DNA from: Trichinella spiralis
Lineage: Eukaryota
Direction of reading: 5' to 3'
DNA length: 35,962 nt
Assembly (NCBI RefSeq): GCF_000181795.1
Contig: NW_003526941.1
Coordinates: 1,715,469-1,751,430 of the forward strand
The translations under genes were made by a program, and so were the position numbers. Under the pieces are notes generated by a model, which was given only the letters and a program-made list of their open reading frames with translations, made no database searches and was not told the DNA's origin. This document shows, in pieces, positions 12,493 to 27,291 of the stretch. Each line of letters begins with the position of its first letter. Within the stretch, counting starts at the first letter, position 1.

Positions 12493-15400
12493 TAAAGTAA
12501 TTTTTTGTCAGTTCACTTACAGGGATAATTTTCAAATGTAAACCAGAGTATAAGCAATGAATCGGATAATAATGATAACCGATCAAAGGGTGATTTTGCA
12601 CTAGGGGTTGGACACCGAGAGAGAAAGAGAATAAGTAATCTATTGCAAAGTGCATTTTATCGATTGAGAACTGCACAGAGTCAGAAAATGTGTCATTATA
12701 AACAGAGCGTTTTTTTTTCTTTAATTTCAACCGATGCAACATCATTTTTCCAGGTATATATTTTTTTTAAATAATATTTTGTTTTCTATTCTTATTGTTA
12801 ATTAGCTTTCTTCTTTTTAATTATTGGGGTGTACTTTTTATTCAAAACTTATTTGCATTACTCATTATTGTCTTTACTGTTGGAATCATTAGCATAATTG
12901 TATCCTATGAGATGTGATACTTATCATGCTTCTTCTCTTGCTGAACAGAACAATCAGTAATGAAAGTATAACCATTGTGTATATGAATGGCAGATCCATA
13001 GGATGAAATTCTTCTGTTTGACATATTTATTGTAAAACCGTATCTGCTATGGTTTTTGTTTCTATTTAAAATGTGTTGATCGATGGGAGTTGATAGATTG
13101 AAAATTGAAATTGAAAAAAGAAAAAAACTGCTAAAAGGGAGTTGATTGTACTTGTTGAATTTTGTTTCTCGAATTCAGTGCGGTTGAATGAGTAGTTAAA
13201 TGATTTTTTCAAACGGAAATATCATTCAAATTGAATGGGTCTCCATTCGATTATTTTTCTGCTAATGAGAGGGAAGGTAAGTAGGACTGGCTTTTATCTG
13301 TTATTCTTCACAATTCCATACGTTAATATGCACGTTAAACTTATAAACTGAACATATTTAATCAAATATGTCATGAATAGTGCATTGCAGAACGACAAAA
13401 TGTATGCCCTACTGAAAAACGATATACATATTATAATAATGCTCATTGAATGCCTTTTTTTCTCGACGATGTTGAGTGATGATAATTTGCCCGAATAATA
13501 AACTTGATGTGAAAATTGTTTCTTCACTATGAAAAATATTTCAATTTTTTTTATTAAAAATTATGACTTCATTGGGAAATGTTCTTATTTGTATGGATAG
13601 TAAAAGTAAATTCATTAAAAAAGTAATTTTCGGTTTTCTAAAGAGAAATTTTTATTTTGTCTGCTGTTTGGTTTCATAACATAATCAATGAAAGCTCATC
13701 TTCAATGATGCGCAACTGACTTTCAGAACCGAATGATTTTACAAACTCATCAGCTTAGCATTGCTCATATTTTAAATCATATAATAAATATTGCATAATA
13801 AGTGTAATTTTTTTCCATTGCAGAAAATTCTGTATGAAAATGATAGAATGTAAGAGAATAACAGTTGCCGCCATTGTGAAACTGACATTTTAATAATTAC
13901 TCGTTTTTGATTTTGAATTGTTGATAATTATGATACCATATTTGGCTATTAGATGTGTTTTTCTGTGATAAGGAGAGCGTAAGCTAGAATGTGGTCGAAT
14001 TAAAATAGCTTGGTTAAATGGAAATTTACCCCGAATAGCCGCAAGTTGCAGAGCACAGAGATGAAATTCAAATATTCCTTTCACTTGATTAGTAGAAATT
14101 GAACTGATGTCAATTTTTCTTCACCTGATGTATGATTCAAAAATATTGATCAATCCGAATTTGTGGCAATTTCATATGAGCTTGATGGAGAATGTTTTCA
14201 TTAAAACCTACTAATATCCTATCTAGGAAAATTGCATAATATTATGCTTTGACGTGTGATTAGAAGAAAATTAAACGAATAGAACTTAATTCCAAAGTAA
14301 ACAAAACGTAATGTACTGGATGGCATGTGAACAAGTGCATATGCGTCTAGGTGGGAAGAAAATAGAATTTTAAATTTAAAACAATACATGTATTGATACA
14401 GATATCGAACAAACATAATTCGTTTTAATCTTGTTGTTGATTTAAAGCTTAAAATTTTATTCTGGAAGAGATGTGAAATTATTGCAGCGTTATTGTTTTG
14501 AATAATTTCACAGAAATGAATTAATTGTTGTTGCAACTGGGTAAAATGAAAACTGGAATTTATTAATTTCGTTCTCATGAACAACAATTTAAAACAAGCT
14601 TATTTTGCAAGTGAAACTGTTGAAAAATTAAAACAACTGTGATGAGCTGCTTGTTTTTCTAGCCTTTCATTCATCTTATTCAACAATGAACAGGAAGGAT
14701 GATTATTGTCCATTAATAATAAAGATGTATTATTGATTGCTACTACTGTCTTCTCTGAACTGTTGCCGACCGACTTTAGCACTTAAACGGCTACAAATTT
14801 AAACAATTAGCAACTGAATAGTCGTATTTCTATTGTTTTGTGTTGCAATTTCGCGTAGCATTGTTGCGGCGGAAGTTACTGGAATGGTGCAGAAATTATT
14901 TTTCAACTTTGCTAATTGTTCGATAATTTCACCTCTGTTCATCACAAGATGAGATTATTCATTGTCTGTGTAAGCTTAGCTTTGGTAAATAGCATAAAAA
15001 TTGCGCCATAATAAATAGGATGTAGATTTCCTTTCACGTTTCAGTTCATATTTTGATCGTTTGCTTTTCATTCAATTAAAATGGAAATTGATCAACTGAA
15101 ATAATCTTCCTTGAACGAAGTGATAAGTTGTTAGCATCGTGTTTAGGAAACATCGAACAATTTGCCGCGAACTGCTTGCTCTTCAAAAGTGCTATTCGAT
15201 TTCTTCATCGGCTTTTCAAACAATAATCGAACATTAGATTTCTGACCTCATATCAGAAATGGAAATCATGGAATGAAATGATCTTAGCTTAGCTTGTTTA
15301 TTATTGAAAATTTAAATAGAATCTCGCTTTTGAATGTAAAATTTACCATCGCAATGAATGAATGCAGTTAATGATTGAAGAGAGAAAATAATATTAATTC

Positions 15401-16867
15401 AAATGTTCTTTCTACTGTCGATTTACCCTGCAATGTTGAGCTTGTAACAAGATCTGTATGGCTTAAACAATTTTAAGTGATGCAAATTGGAAAAAATCGA
15501 TGCTGTTGTTCACTTTTATTATACTTGACTAATGATTGTTTATTGAAAAGTGAAACAAACAACAGCAGGTAGCAGGTATTATATAAATTTTGAAAATCTC
15601 AATTTTTCTTGAACAAAGTAATGAAATTGAATGAACAACATTTGCATACAAACTGAGTTAACTAACAGTGTGGCAGCAGCTGTTGAAGCAAGCTAGCTGT
15701 CTATCTGTCAGCTTCATACATGCGCAGACAAACAAACACGTAGGAGGGTATAGAGATGGGAACTTTTGAAGTGGCTTGTTGACTTGTTTGTTCAGCATGA
15801 GCGATTATTCAATTAGCTAATCTTGAATGACTGTTTGAAGTTGAAGAAACTATCCTCTTGTCGTATTTAACTGATGAATGACAACTTTTTTTCTTTTCTC
15901 TTTTATTTAAGATGCTATTTAGTCTTATTTGATTATTTTCTATATACACAGTGGTTAGTGTTGTCATTATAAATGACCATTTTGTGATTTTGTTTTGTAA
16001 GATTGATCGACTTTCAAGGCAAACAACTTTTTTTAAGAAACGTTTTGCCTGTATACGTTGCTCATGCGATATATGGTCAATGATTGCATTTACTTGTGAT
16101 TAAAAATACGACAATTTCATTCACATCACTTACTTATATATATCCCATCATTTAATACAAATAAGCTGACATTTGCTTGATATTTAAAGATAATATTGAA
16201 ATTTTATGTTGAAAATTTACTTAAAATGAAAAGAAGACAAACCCCCATTTTTATTAAAAAAAAGCTTTTTTGTTGAAGCTATTCATTCATTCGAATATCT
16301 GTGCGTATTGTATACATGATAAGCCAGGTGGAATGCGATGTTGAAATTAGAATAATTTGTGTAAAGTAATGTTTCTCATTTTCTTATTATTTTGTAATTA
16401 GACTGGATAAATAGTTGAGAAAAATGTCAGATGCTTGCCAGATTTTAGTTCCGTACAGTGAGATTGGTAGGATGAGTGGTGTGAAAAGCGTGAATTGCAT
16501 CGTCGTTGGCATTAGGCTTCATGTTTGAAATCGGCTATACACGAAAAAGCAATCAACTAAATGCATTTTTACACGTCTATTAACAAAGCTATGAAACATA
16601 GCTAGTAAAACACATTGGGGAAAGACATCTCTCTGTTTTGAGTTTCAATTTATTTCCTTTGTTCTATTTACTAATTTACAATAATGAAATTGAACTTACC
16701 TTAAACGGATCTGTACAACGTAAGCATGGTGTGAATTTGGGAGCATGTTTGGCGTGTAACAGTATTTATGTAATTATGTAAAGTTAGAGATTGTTGTCAG
16801 TTGGGATATATTCAAATAAATTTGTTGGGAAACTGTCAATTTTACAATGAAGCTTCAAAAGCAACCA

Positions 16868-16933
16868 GTTGGGTGGTTGGTTGTCTGGTTGGCTGGCTGG
16901 TCGGTAGGTTGGTTGGTTGGTTGGTTGGTTGGT
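16868..16933. repeat. Degenerate (GGTT)n tetranucleotide microsatellite
   Basis: ggttggttgg run with GGCT/GGTC variants. Confidence 0.9.
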
Positions 16934-18802
16934 CAGCTTAACGACTGGACGTTTCAGTAAGTAAGCAGTAAGCTGAATTCAGTCAGTGAAAAGGTAATGT
17001 AGAGAAGCGTGTTTTGGAAACCGGCTACAAACAGAACCCATCGATGGAAACGTTTTTGGCGGTCAATAAAAAGACCGCGTGGGCAATTAGCAGGTCGGCC
17101 ATGCGCGCATATTCAATTTACCAGTTGGCCGGCACCGAGAGAAAGAGAGACTGAGAACCGGTCACCGTATTGAATGCTTTTACCTTCAAAAGCAAAAACG
17201 AATCAGACAGAAGCTATTTTTTTTCTTTCCTTTTTTTAAGCCAAACTCATTATCTTATTGACACTGCTGCTTTGGAGAGCACAGAAGCGGAGATCAGGGC
17301 TGTAGAAAGGGCAGTGGACAGAGGCTATTTGTTTGTATGCGTTTTTTTCAGTTGCTCATCTTTGACACAGTTGATGCTGCAAGTGGACAATTGAACAATT
17401 TGCCTAACACGCTGGCACGATTTTCTCATATGCTGCATTCTCAAAATTCTGTCTGTCTCAGTATATTTTCTCTCTCTGTGTGTGTGTGTGTCTGCCTGCG
17501 GTGACAACGATGTCATCGATCGCGCGTATTTCATTCAGTTTATGACACATCGAGCGACGACAAGGTTGAACAAAAAGGATATTCACCTCCATTCTCTTGA
17601 TAAATTTTGCAGTTGTTTTTTTTAATGTTTTTGTTTTTGAAATGTTTTATTGGAAATTTTCAAATAGCTAAACTTCCGAATATGTCCACCCTTTCAACAG
17701 TGAGAATGGAGGAAATGATTCAACAGCGCGAAGAATATTATTAAAAATTTACATTGTCATCTCTGACGTTATAATCGCTGAATAATGATAGATAGAACGC
17801 TTCATTAATTTGGTGACGTTGAAATTTTATTGGAATTGTGAAAACAACTGTCGAGAGGCAGGCACCAGAGGGGGAGGGAAGGGTGAGAGACAGAGAGCAA
17901 AATTTCTGTTCTGCTTTTTCAATTTTATATATTATTTGTTGTTGAATTTGAAAAATTGTTATAAAATTAGATTTTCTTTTTGCAGCAGCATTTTCACGAA
18001 GAAACTAGGCTTTTATAAATAAGCGAAAACGGTAACAAGATGATTTTTCTCCTTTGTTCGAGAAATGCCAACATTTCTTCTTTCAATATTTATGCTCTTT
18101 TCATGAATGGGAAAACCGAAAGAAAAAGTAAATCTAATTAAACGAAGCATTTATTTGTTTATTTATTTTACTTTTTACACACAAACTGAGCAAAATTTAT
18201 GGTAGTTCTTCTTTTTATTCTGAATGATTTATTCCATTTTTTTGAAGCATACGTGAAATTGTTTTTTCGACTTGCGAAACTAAGCAATACAGGCAGGCAG
18301 TTGTGATTTATTGAACTTTTATCTGATGACATCAGTACTGAAGCGCAAACAAGCGGTTGACACCGACTGAAGCAGAAATTAGCGTCCATTTTTTTATTGG
18401 AAAATTCTGATTCACTTATCCATCACAAATATATATATGTATATATTTGCAAATTTGAACAATCATTTTCTATATAGTGCTGAAAAAAATGCTCACTGCT
18501 TCATTTCAAATGAACAATATTTCATTTTAACAATGTATGTCAGAGAAAATTCATTGTGCCGTTTTAGAAATTGAAATTTCATTTGACAGAGAATTAATTC
18601 ATTTGCAGACTGAAAGACAAACTTTTTCTTCAACTGAGAGACGTGATTCATGGTTGATGTTGGTCTTTTTAATTTCAAATTCAATGCAAGCAAAAATAAC
18701 TAATAAAGTGATAAATAAAATAATATCAGGTGTTCTTAGGCAAATTTTTGAAATCTCATACGCTTGTTTCTCTTCCTAGTAGAAGAGGAGAATGTGAAAG
18801 TG

Positions 18803-18803
<1 letters not shown>

Positions 18804-18856
<53 letters not shown>
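18804..18856. repeat. (TA)n microsatellite
   Basis: Read directly from the sequence. Confidence 0.97.
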
Positions 18857-18858
<2 letters not shown>

Positions 18859-20662
18859 TTTAGAACAGTTATTTCTTGTTCAATATTATAGTCGCTTGAA
18901 ATAAGTCAATAATATTCAGTTTCAATTGGTAAATTTGTTACTATTTTCTTCAACAATACAAGCCATCGTCATGTGTCATGCAGATTCTTGTTAGATTTGT
19001 TGGTCTAGTTTTTATTTTATTGATTGTCACCTTTGAACGAAAAATAAGACATTTTTAACGATGCTTATCTTGGAAAATTTAATTTTACAATCTTGCATTC
19101 TATTAGTTTTTATACTTTTTCAATTATTAAACATCCTTATCCGTGACTAACCGTTGGTTTAAAGTTGAAAAACTGAGGTTGAAGAAGAAGAAGAAGCGAT
19201 TTGATTTTGCTTTTCATGTTAACTTTTTCAAACGATCATCACATCTGTCTCTCTTCTTTCACTAGAACTTCAACCCCGGATATAAAATATGCATGCGTGC
19301 ATGAACATAAATTTATTTATCTTTGACATTTTGCAGATAATTTATTGCGGTCTATAATTTCGGACTGTTGATTAATGATGTACAAGTGGTAACATTTGTG
19401 CTTTGTTTATGCTCTCGAAACATAATATATATCTTGTGGGAGGTGATGATTTTTTGGAGATAAGCTTTTATTGAAATATTGTTTCTCCTCTACTCAAAAG
19501 AAAATGAATGAATTTCTGCAGTGTAAATGATATTTTTAAATAATTCTGTAAAAGGTGAAACAACAGTGAGAAAGCAAAATTGATCAATATCCGTATTTCT
19601 TTATGGCTGAAGAAAACAAAATTGTCCATTGATATTATAAGTTAAGATTCTTAATCATGACATATGACAAGGGGCTGCGATCCGTTCAGCTTACATGTGT
19701 TGATTACAAATGATGAATAAAAGCGAAAGTGCACTTTAAGATTGACAGTTTTGTTTACCTTGAAATAGCTTGGAAGTGTGTTCGTTTTTAGCTATTTTTG
19801 TGCATATCCTTAGCAAAGAAGTTTTGAAATTTGATCAGAACAGCCAACTGCACGAAATGCTCTTTCTATTGCTAAAAGTGAACAAATGTTTCTCTTCGAA
19901 GTCGGATGCACGCAAGAAAAATTTATTAGCCTAGATTTTAGTTTGTTAGTTTCTATTTAATTTAATGTCAACATTAATTTTCAAATTTTTCGCATTTCAA
20001 AAGCGTCGCATTGTAATTTTACGAATACGCTGTAGTTTGTATAGATGAGCATCAATTTATGTTCAGAATAGATTAAATGGGCTTTTGTTTCCTGCAATTG
20101 TCATTGCCGTTTAGATCGCGCACACGCTGCATGCACACGTTTTACTGCCGTGCTCATTGTCTTATTAACCATTTGTTTGGCATTGAAGAAACATCTTAAC
20201 TTAGAAATTGCAGCAAAGCCTTCTTTTCAAGTCTCCCTCTAGCTGTGCTTGTTTTAATTTAATTTTCATTAACCTACTCTTTGCTTTCTGCGTTCTTTGC
20301 TTCATACCAACGGTTGTGGATGGGCGAATATGAATATATTAAAAGTTAATAAAGAATACTTTATATTCATCGTCAAAGGGAAAATTGACTAACAATCATT
20401 GAATCCACTATTGAGATTTTGCATTCGTACACTTGTGTTGTCGATTTGTTCAATTCAAAATGAATACGTTTGTTTATTCATCTGTCTATTGCGGTGAAAT
20501 TATATCCTTCGGGATTTATATTAAATTTGTTAAAAATAAATATTTTTCAAACTTATGAAACAACGATGCATTAAAAATTATTGTTTTTCAATAGGTACGA
20601 ATTAAAATCTACTATTTCTACTACGTTCCTTTATGTTAAATGAATAGATATTTATTTCAACA

Positions 20663-20698
20663 GCATCATCATCATCAACGACAACAACAACAACAACA
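20663..20698. repeat. (CAT)n/(CAA)n trinucleotide microsatellite
   Basis: gcatcatcatcatcaacgacaacaacaacaacaaca. Confidence 0.8.
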
Positions 20699-20825
20699 CT
20701 GGCAGAGTTAGTTGTAAAATCATGTAAAGCAGAATGTTACATAAGTTTCGTTACATGAGAACAGATCGATGGATGATTTATGATGAAATTGGTGATAAAA
20801 TCTTCAAAACAGACAAATAGGTATA

Positions 20826-20847
20826 TAGATAGATAGATAGATAGATA
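20826..20847. repeat. (TAGA)n microsatellite
   Basis: Read directly from the sequence. Confidence 0.85.
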
Positions 20848-23800
20848 TATATGTGCACTGGTTGTTTATTTAATGATAAAAACGAAGTTCCGTTTCGTAA
20901 AATAAACAAGCAATAAGAGCAGTAAATGTAATCAAATTAAAAAAGATTTCAAAGTAGAAAAAGCTTTTATTCTTAAAGCATGTAGAAAAATTAAACAGAA
21001 TTTTAAATTGCACGACAACCTGTTCTATCATTTTCTCATCTTTTTCTCGAGTGCCACTAGCATTATTTGTCTACGTACACAAGCAGCAAGCGAACTACTA
21101 TTCCACTAACGTTTTGCTTGCCCCTCTCTTTTTCTCTCTCGAACTCTGCTATCGCGTAGTGAACATTTCTCATTTCAGCACGCCGGCAAAGTCATCATTC
21201 CCAAGTGATACTTTTCAGCCATGTTTGTTTGTGAAAATTGTTCTGAGTGTGTTATTAATAATTTAAATTTTATCGCATCCAACCACCGAGGCACTTTCGT
21301 TTCGTTAAAATGACACTTGAAAATTTTTCAGCGAAATCACGATTCACAAAATTCACACTTTTCTCAAGAATCTTCTCTTTTTTTCTTTTATTTTGTATTC
21401 TCATCAATTCAAATCAGTCAATCAAATTTGAAAAGTTCTATTCATTACCAATTTGTTAATTATATTATTATTATTCTTATTATTTGAAAATATCGGTCAG
21501 AGTTTGTAGGAAAATGCCATTAAATGATCATTGCATGTGCAAAATTGAGTATAACGCCATCATTTAATTGAAAACCTTCAACTCGTATTTACTGAACCAA
21601 TCGATAATGTTCTAATTTAATTGGCTTTTTGTTTTTTGCTTTGTTCTGTTATTTTTACTTTTATTCACTATTTTGAACAGCACTTTGAAAACATTCCATT
21701 TGACGTATGTTGTCTTCTGGTCTGATCATTCTCAATCAATCTCAATCTACTGGCAATCTCGTATTTTGCTTGTTTATTATATTGAGAAAAAAATAATCAT
21801 AATTCATCTTTTCACCTAATGAACTGTGTGTATTAGACGTGCAGATTAACCTCTAAAAAGGATTGGCCAGTAGTTTTTGTTGTTATAGCAATTTCTCTCA
21901 GGAATAATAAGCTGATCACTAGTAAGTAGAAAGACTGACTCTGTAAAGCTGAAGTACCCGTAGCGCTGGTAGTCACAGTTTGAAACATTTTTTTCACATT
22001 CAAATTTTTCTTTTCAATTTAGCATATTATTATTATTATTCAGTTGATGATATATCAATCAATTTTCCATTGCTCAACGATTGTAATAATGATGTGCAGG
22101 CTTTTTCAAAGTTGGATATTTTGGGGTCGTTTTATTTCATTTTATTAAAAATTGTACAGATTCAGTTGTGATCAACAGATTGTTTGCCAACAGCTTCTTC
22201 AATTTTACGATTGCTAAATTGCATCCACGCTGCTGCGCCTACAGCATTTTTTGCTGTTGGAGATGAGAGAGAGAAAATTTCTTTTCAAAACATTGCAGCA
22301 AAAAATTAAGCTAATTAAAACTAGACAAATAAATCATTTTACACTGCAAACAATGGTCTTCAATGGTGAGCAGATTTGCAAAATGCAGTGCGAAACTTCA
22401 CTGTTTGTCTTTTAAACCGAAATTGTGACAGATCAGCATCTGAATTATATATACGGCAATTTTTATTTCCTCTTATATACGAACAACAATAGCACTGTAT
22501 TTTATAAAAGAAAAAAATTTTCCTGTTGTACTGATATACATTTTTATTTCCCAGGATGCATACGTACATGTTTTTTATGTTAAGAGACTGTAGGTTTAAT
22601 TTTCTCAAATTAAATTAAAGTACTTATTTATGAATAAATAGATTAATGAAAGAGAAAAACTTAACCTACTACTCATTACTACCAATAGATATATGCTAGA
22701 TAGCTGGCTAGATAAACAATTGGTCTAAAATGGCTGAGTGTAACAACATGGTGGAAGGGAATTAAATTCTTTAACGTAACACCAATATTTGGAAAATATC
22801 TCTCTTCTTTCATAAATTTAGGAGGTTCTTTATAATCAAATTGACTGTAGAGTTGTTGTTTCAATTGGATCTTAATTTAGAAGAATTGATCACCTGGGGA
22901 AAATTGATTTTCACATTTATTAATCATTAAGAACTGAATAATTGATGTTCCGAATTTGGCTCTTCAGATTAGTAAACAATTCTACTATGCTGAGATTTCT
23001 TTCCCCGAAATTTGAATAATATATACAATGAATCGATTGTAAAAGCTTCACTTACCGAATGTATTTGGTTTTTGACGTGTCCGATTGTTGTTGTAATGCG
23101 GTTTGCACTGGTTGCGATTGGAAATTTCAATTGCAGTTTTGTTGAAATACTGATTCTTTGTTTTCCAGTTGACAACAAGCGGGTGGACAGATGAGCAAAT
23201 TTGCGGCAGGTTCATTCGAATATTTTCGTCGTCAGACTCTGCAAAAGCGCGTCAGCCGCCTGTCTGTCGTCTGTCTCCAATTCAGCACTTAAGTCTCTCT
23301 CTCTCTCTCTGTGAAGCTGGCGTTCCAGCTAATCACTTGTTCAGTTGACCAATCACCGTCGTCGACCGATCTCGTCGCTGGATGGGATTTTTTCTTTCTT
23401 TTTCATCTTTTTTCTCATTCAAAATGTTCCCAATCAATTCCTTTGACCAGTGGTCAAGCAGTTTTTGCTCTGCGTGATTTTCATGAAATATTTTTTTATC
23501 ATACTTGCCAACAAATACAAATCTTGCATTAACAAACAAAAAGCCAAGCGTAGCTGGCAAAAATTTTCAGTCAACCAATAGTGTTTGTTTTGTTTCCACT
23601 GCTAAACTTTTTCCCATTTAATTATCACGTTTTAATTGAAAAATTCCAGTTTACACTAGAAATTCAATCATCGGTTGGTTGGTTGCTGTTTTGTGATTTA
23701 TTTTCAAAGAAAAAGAAAAGCTAATTAATGCATTCTGCAAGAGCAATGCATCATTGCATTTGTCAATACTTAATATGTACTTTTTATCATATTATGATGA

Positions 23801-25387
23801 AAACTAAATCCAAACGGATCATGACCAATTAACTCATGATAAGGGGATACTTTTCAAATTTTTTTCAACTTCAAAATTCAAACTTCAATTCTTCAGTGTT
23901 TATATTTTCATTTGTCTACTGAAATGGGAAGCTTTGAATACTGTGCTGTTTACGGACATTTTCAATTATTTGATTCAGAAACGGACAACTAGCCAGCAAT
24001 AAATTGGGTTGATATGCAATTTGTATTTGTTTGTGCAATATGGAAATGCTGAAATCAATATTGCCGACTTTCTGTTTGCGACATTTGCGTTAAATGAAGC
24101 TGTTGAAAATCGGCGACAAGTTTCAAGAAATTATCGCTTTAATTAATGTAAAAATTATAGTGTTCTGTTTAACTCTGTTCATAATTTCAAGCATCTTAAT
24201 CAAATATTTCTTAACACAAAATACGTATGCCAGTTTAGGCTACTAATTCAAATAACAATTTTGCTCATTATTTCAGAAGTGTAACTGTTTTTTATTTTAA
24301 AGCTTCAAAAGCAGTTGTTCAAAACCGAATGTTAGTTAACCTCATCTAAATACACCTTCACACACACATTTAGAATGATCTTCAGTGAGGGTGATTAGAA
24401 ATTTGTTTTATTGGTGTCTGGTGATTGCGTTCTTGTACTTTGGCGGTCATGGTAAACGTTTACGTATCAAATAAGTTTTTTTTAATAAATTTCGGGCTTT
24501 GTAATGTTTACGTAATTCATTATTTGTTCTCTTTGACTACTAGGTGTGAAGCGTTTAGCAGAGGGTTTTGGCTTAAATTTAATTGATAATTTTCTACGTT
24601 CAGATTTAAAAATAACAATATTTACTTGAATGGGTATTTATTTACAATTTAATAACTTTACTATTCAAATGCATTAATTGCAATTCATTGCATCTGATAA
24701 CTATATACTTTGTTACAATTTTTAACGATATATACTTGATTGTCAATAATACTGTATGGTTGTGCGAAATTTGACTCGTTTGACGTGTTGTCCATATGTC
24801 AGTTTAGGTTTTTTTTCATTTTTTAATTATACATTTTTTATTTTTATTTTTAAATATTTGTTTTAATAATTTTTTTTAAATTTATCGTCTACTGCAGGAA
24901 TAGAAGCAAACGGCAAATGTGCGTTTGCATAATCAGATTATTAATTGATAATTTCTAAATGGTGCATGTTCTTTATTCTGCAGTTTGTAAATGTTGAAAA
25001 AAACTGATCGGCTGTAAATGGTTGGGGGAAATTTTTGCTCAAAAAGTGTGTCATCACGCCCATCGTTGTTTGCCCAAAGTGGTTGCGTTAGGATGTGCAT
25101 GAAATTTTTTTTCAACTCAAAATGTCAAACAGTGATAAGTTTTCTCGATTTGATTTTGTTTAGTAAATTTCTATTTCAGTGCCTGCGTAATAAACTGAAG
25201 AATGTATTCTGTGGTATGATAATTTGGTGATGAATTGAGCTCTTTTTTTTCTTTTTGACTTTTCTGCTCTAATTTTATGTATTGTTCTTTTTTGTACGTT
25301 GATGCGGTGGAATAGCTGATTGCAGCAAAATTATCTCAAACCAGCCAGCCAGTTGATGGTAGTTGTGGACCTGTTTGTTTTTTATTC

Positions 25388-27291
25388 ATGGAAGTGAAAG
25401 TTCGGTTGAATTGCACAGACGACAGTATCGAGGTATGCAAGTTGTTTTCTTTTTTTCTTAAAGTTTAAATAATTGTTTGTTGTGTTGATGGTTATGGTGA
25501 AGAAATAAAAATTTTCAAAGCCTGCTATTGATGTTGTTTAGCTCCAGGCAATGATGGAATGACGAGACATTTCATTGCAGTGGAATGTTGTTTGCCCGGG
25601 GTTGAGCGCTATTTACGCGCTTGTTTCGATTAGTATTATTTGTTGTAATATATAGCTTGCTGAAAAAATGTGATGTTTTTCTGCTTTTTCCGTTTTGCAG
25701 TGTTGTTTGCCGTTTCTGGTAGTGCAAAATTTCTCATCGATCGCTTTGAAAAAGAGTAAACAACGCTGTTAACAACAGTGCCTTTTGGCGAAATGTGATA
25801 GTCCTTTCGTTGAGCAATATGAATTAATCATTGTGGAAGTTTAGTGCATTGTAGTTAGTGTTCCATTTTGAACTGTTTAACTTTGCTGCTTGAAAAGTTT
25901 TTCATTTCTAAAGCGAGCACGATTGTTCTGTGTTATTTGATTTATTGCATGTTGATTTTGTTTCATTTTCAGATTATCAGACAATCCAAGCCGTTGGCAG
26001 ATAATGGTCGAGGGCTGACCACACAGGAGAGTAGTAGTAAACAGAAAAACGACAACAGCACCGAACGCAGCAGTATGATTTCACGAGTCAATTTGGAAAA
26101 AGCCCAAATGCGCATCAGCCGTTGGCACGGTTTTCAAATTGCCGCTTTGGGTTGCGCATTCTTGTGCTGTACCGTGGCCGCTTTTTGCCTCAGCTATGCT
26201 TTGTTGTCGTTACAGTCCGACTGTTTGCTTTTCGCTTCATGGAATTATACAGTTGATACGCAGACGAAAGTGATCAGAGTTTTCTACGACCAAACCCAGT
26301 GGGGTGATAGTTACCAGTGCAGTTTGACGTTGTATTCACTGGTGACCGCTGCTTTGGCTTCATTCATGTGCTGCTGGTTTTTCATTTTTTTCAGACCCAG
26401 GAAAGCTTTCCCAAGACAAAAGTACGTTTTCTTTATTTGTACATTTAATTATTTGCAAAATAATTGATCAATTAATCATGGGCAAGAGAATATTGCAACA
26501 GATGAATTATAATCGATCTTTCCAACAACAATTCATCGTCATAAAAGTATTTATTGTGCAAATAAATGTTGCTAAATTCTACTTTTCTATCTTTGAGTAC
26601 CCATTCCACAGCGTCGACGCTTGTATTGCCGATATTGCTCATCAGTTTTATATTTGTGATGCTCATGATCATTGCCTCAAGCAGGTTGCTTACCGGTCTG
26701 TTGTATTGGTGTGACGCTATTGTCAAAGAATTTGGAAGGTACTTTTTGTCGTCACTTTATTTTTTTTGATTTTTCAATTAAACAACACTAAAATTTACGT
26801 TAAAGTTTTAATTTCATTCGTTGCATTAACTTTGTGGATGTTGAAAAATGAAAAAAAGAGTAATATGCAAATATTTTGTACTTGTCGTTTGTATCTAAAT
26901 TTTAATGCGAATATCAAGTGTTGAAGTGTAGTTGTTTAGTGACTGATTTTTACTCAGCTTACTGATTGATGACTGATTTTTGTATTTATTGTTATTTCAG
27001 TTGCAATTTTCCATCTGATTATGAGATCATTCTGATGTGGAATGTGAGAACGATCGACTATTTCGGTTTTCTCGCAAGCAGTTCGGTAGGGTTATTTTTT
27101 ATTTTGTTCTTATTGACAATGAAACTTAATGCAAAATTTATATTGTTCAGCTATTCGCGTGGCTCGGCTGTGTGCTCTGGTTGGCAGTTTTTCTCAGTTT
27201 ACTCGCTCGTTGGTGTATGCATATTGATTTTCCCGGAGCTTATGTTTCAAATGGAAGAGCTTCGTCCAATGCGCAATCGGTTGCTGCTTAA
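25388..27291 (+). CDS. TMEM179: TMEM179-family four-TM membrane protein, about 286 aa
   Basis: Proposed exons 25388-25432 (MEVKVRLNCTDDSIE, phase 0), 25973-26421, 26598-26738, 27001-27085, 27151-27291 (TAA). Four hydrophobic segments with CLLF, WG...C, G..YWCD.I, SC and W....LW motifs as recalled for TMEM179. The start could instead be the ATG at 26075, and the exon 2/3 junction is uncertain. Confidence 0.78.

Noticed and set aside
21956..21978. TACCCGTAGC, matching the 5' end of the miR-51/miR-100 family
   Set aside because: The flanks do not form a pre-miRNA-like hairpin with this sequence on an arm; probably chance.
12434..25230. Numerous 60-122 aa ORFs in the intergenic region
   Set aside because: F/I/L/K/N-rich composition expected from random AT-rich DNA; no domains or coherent splice chains found.
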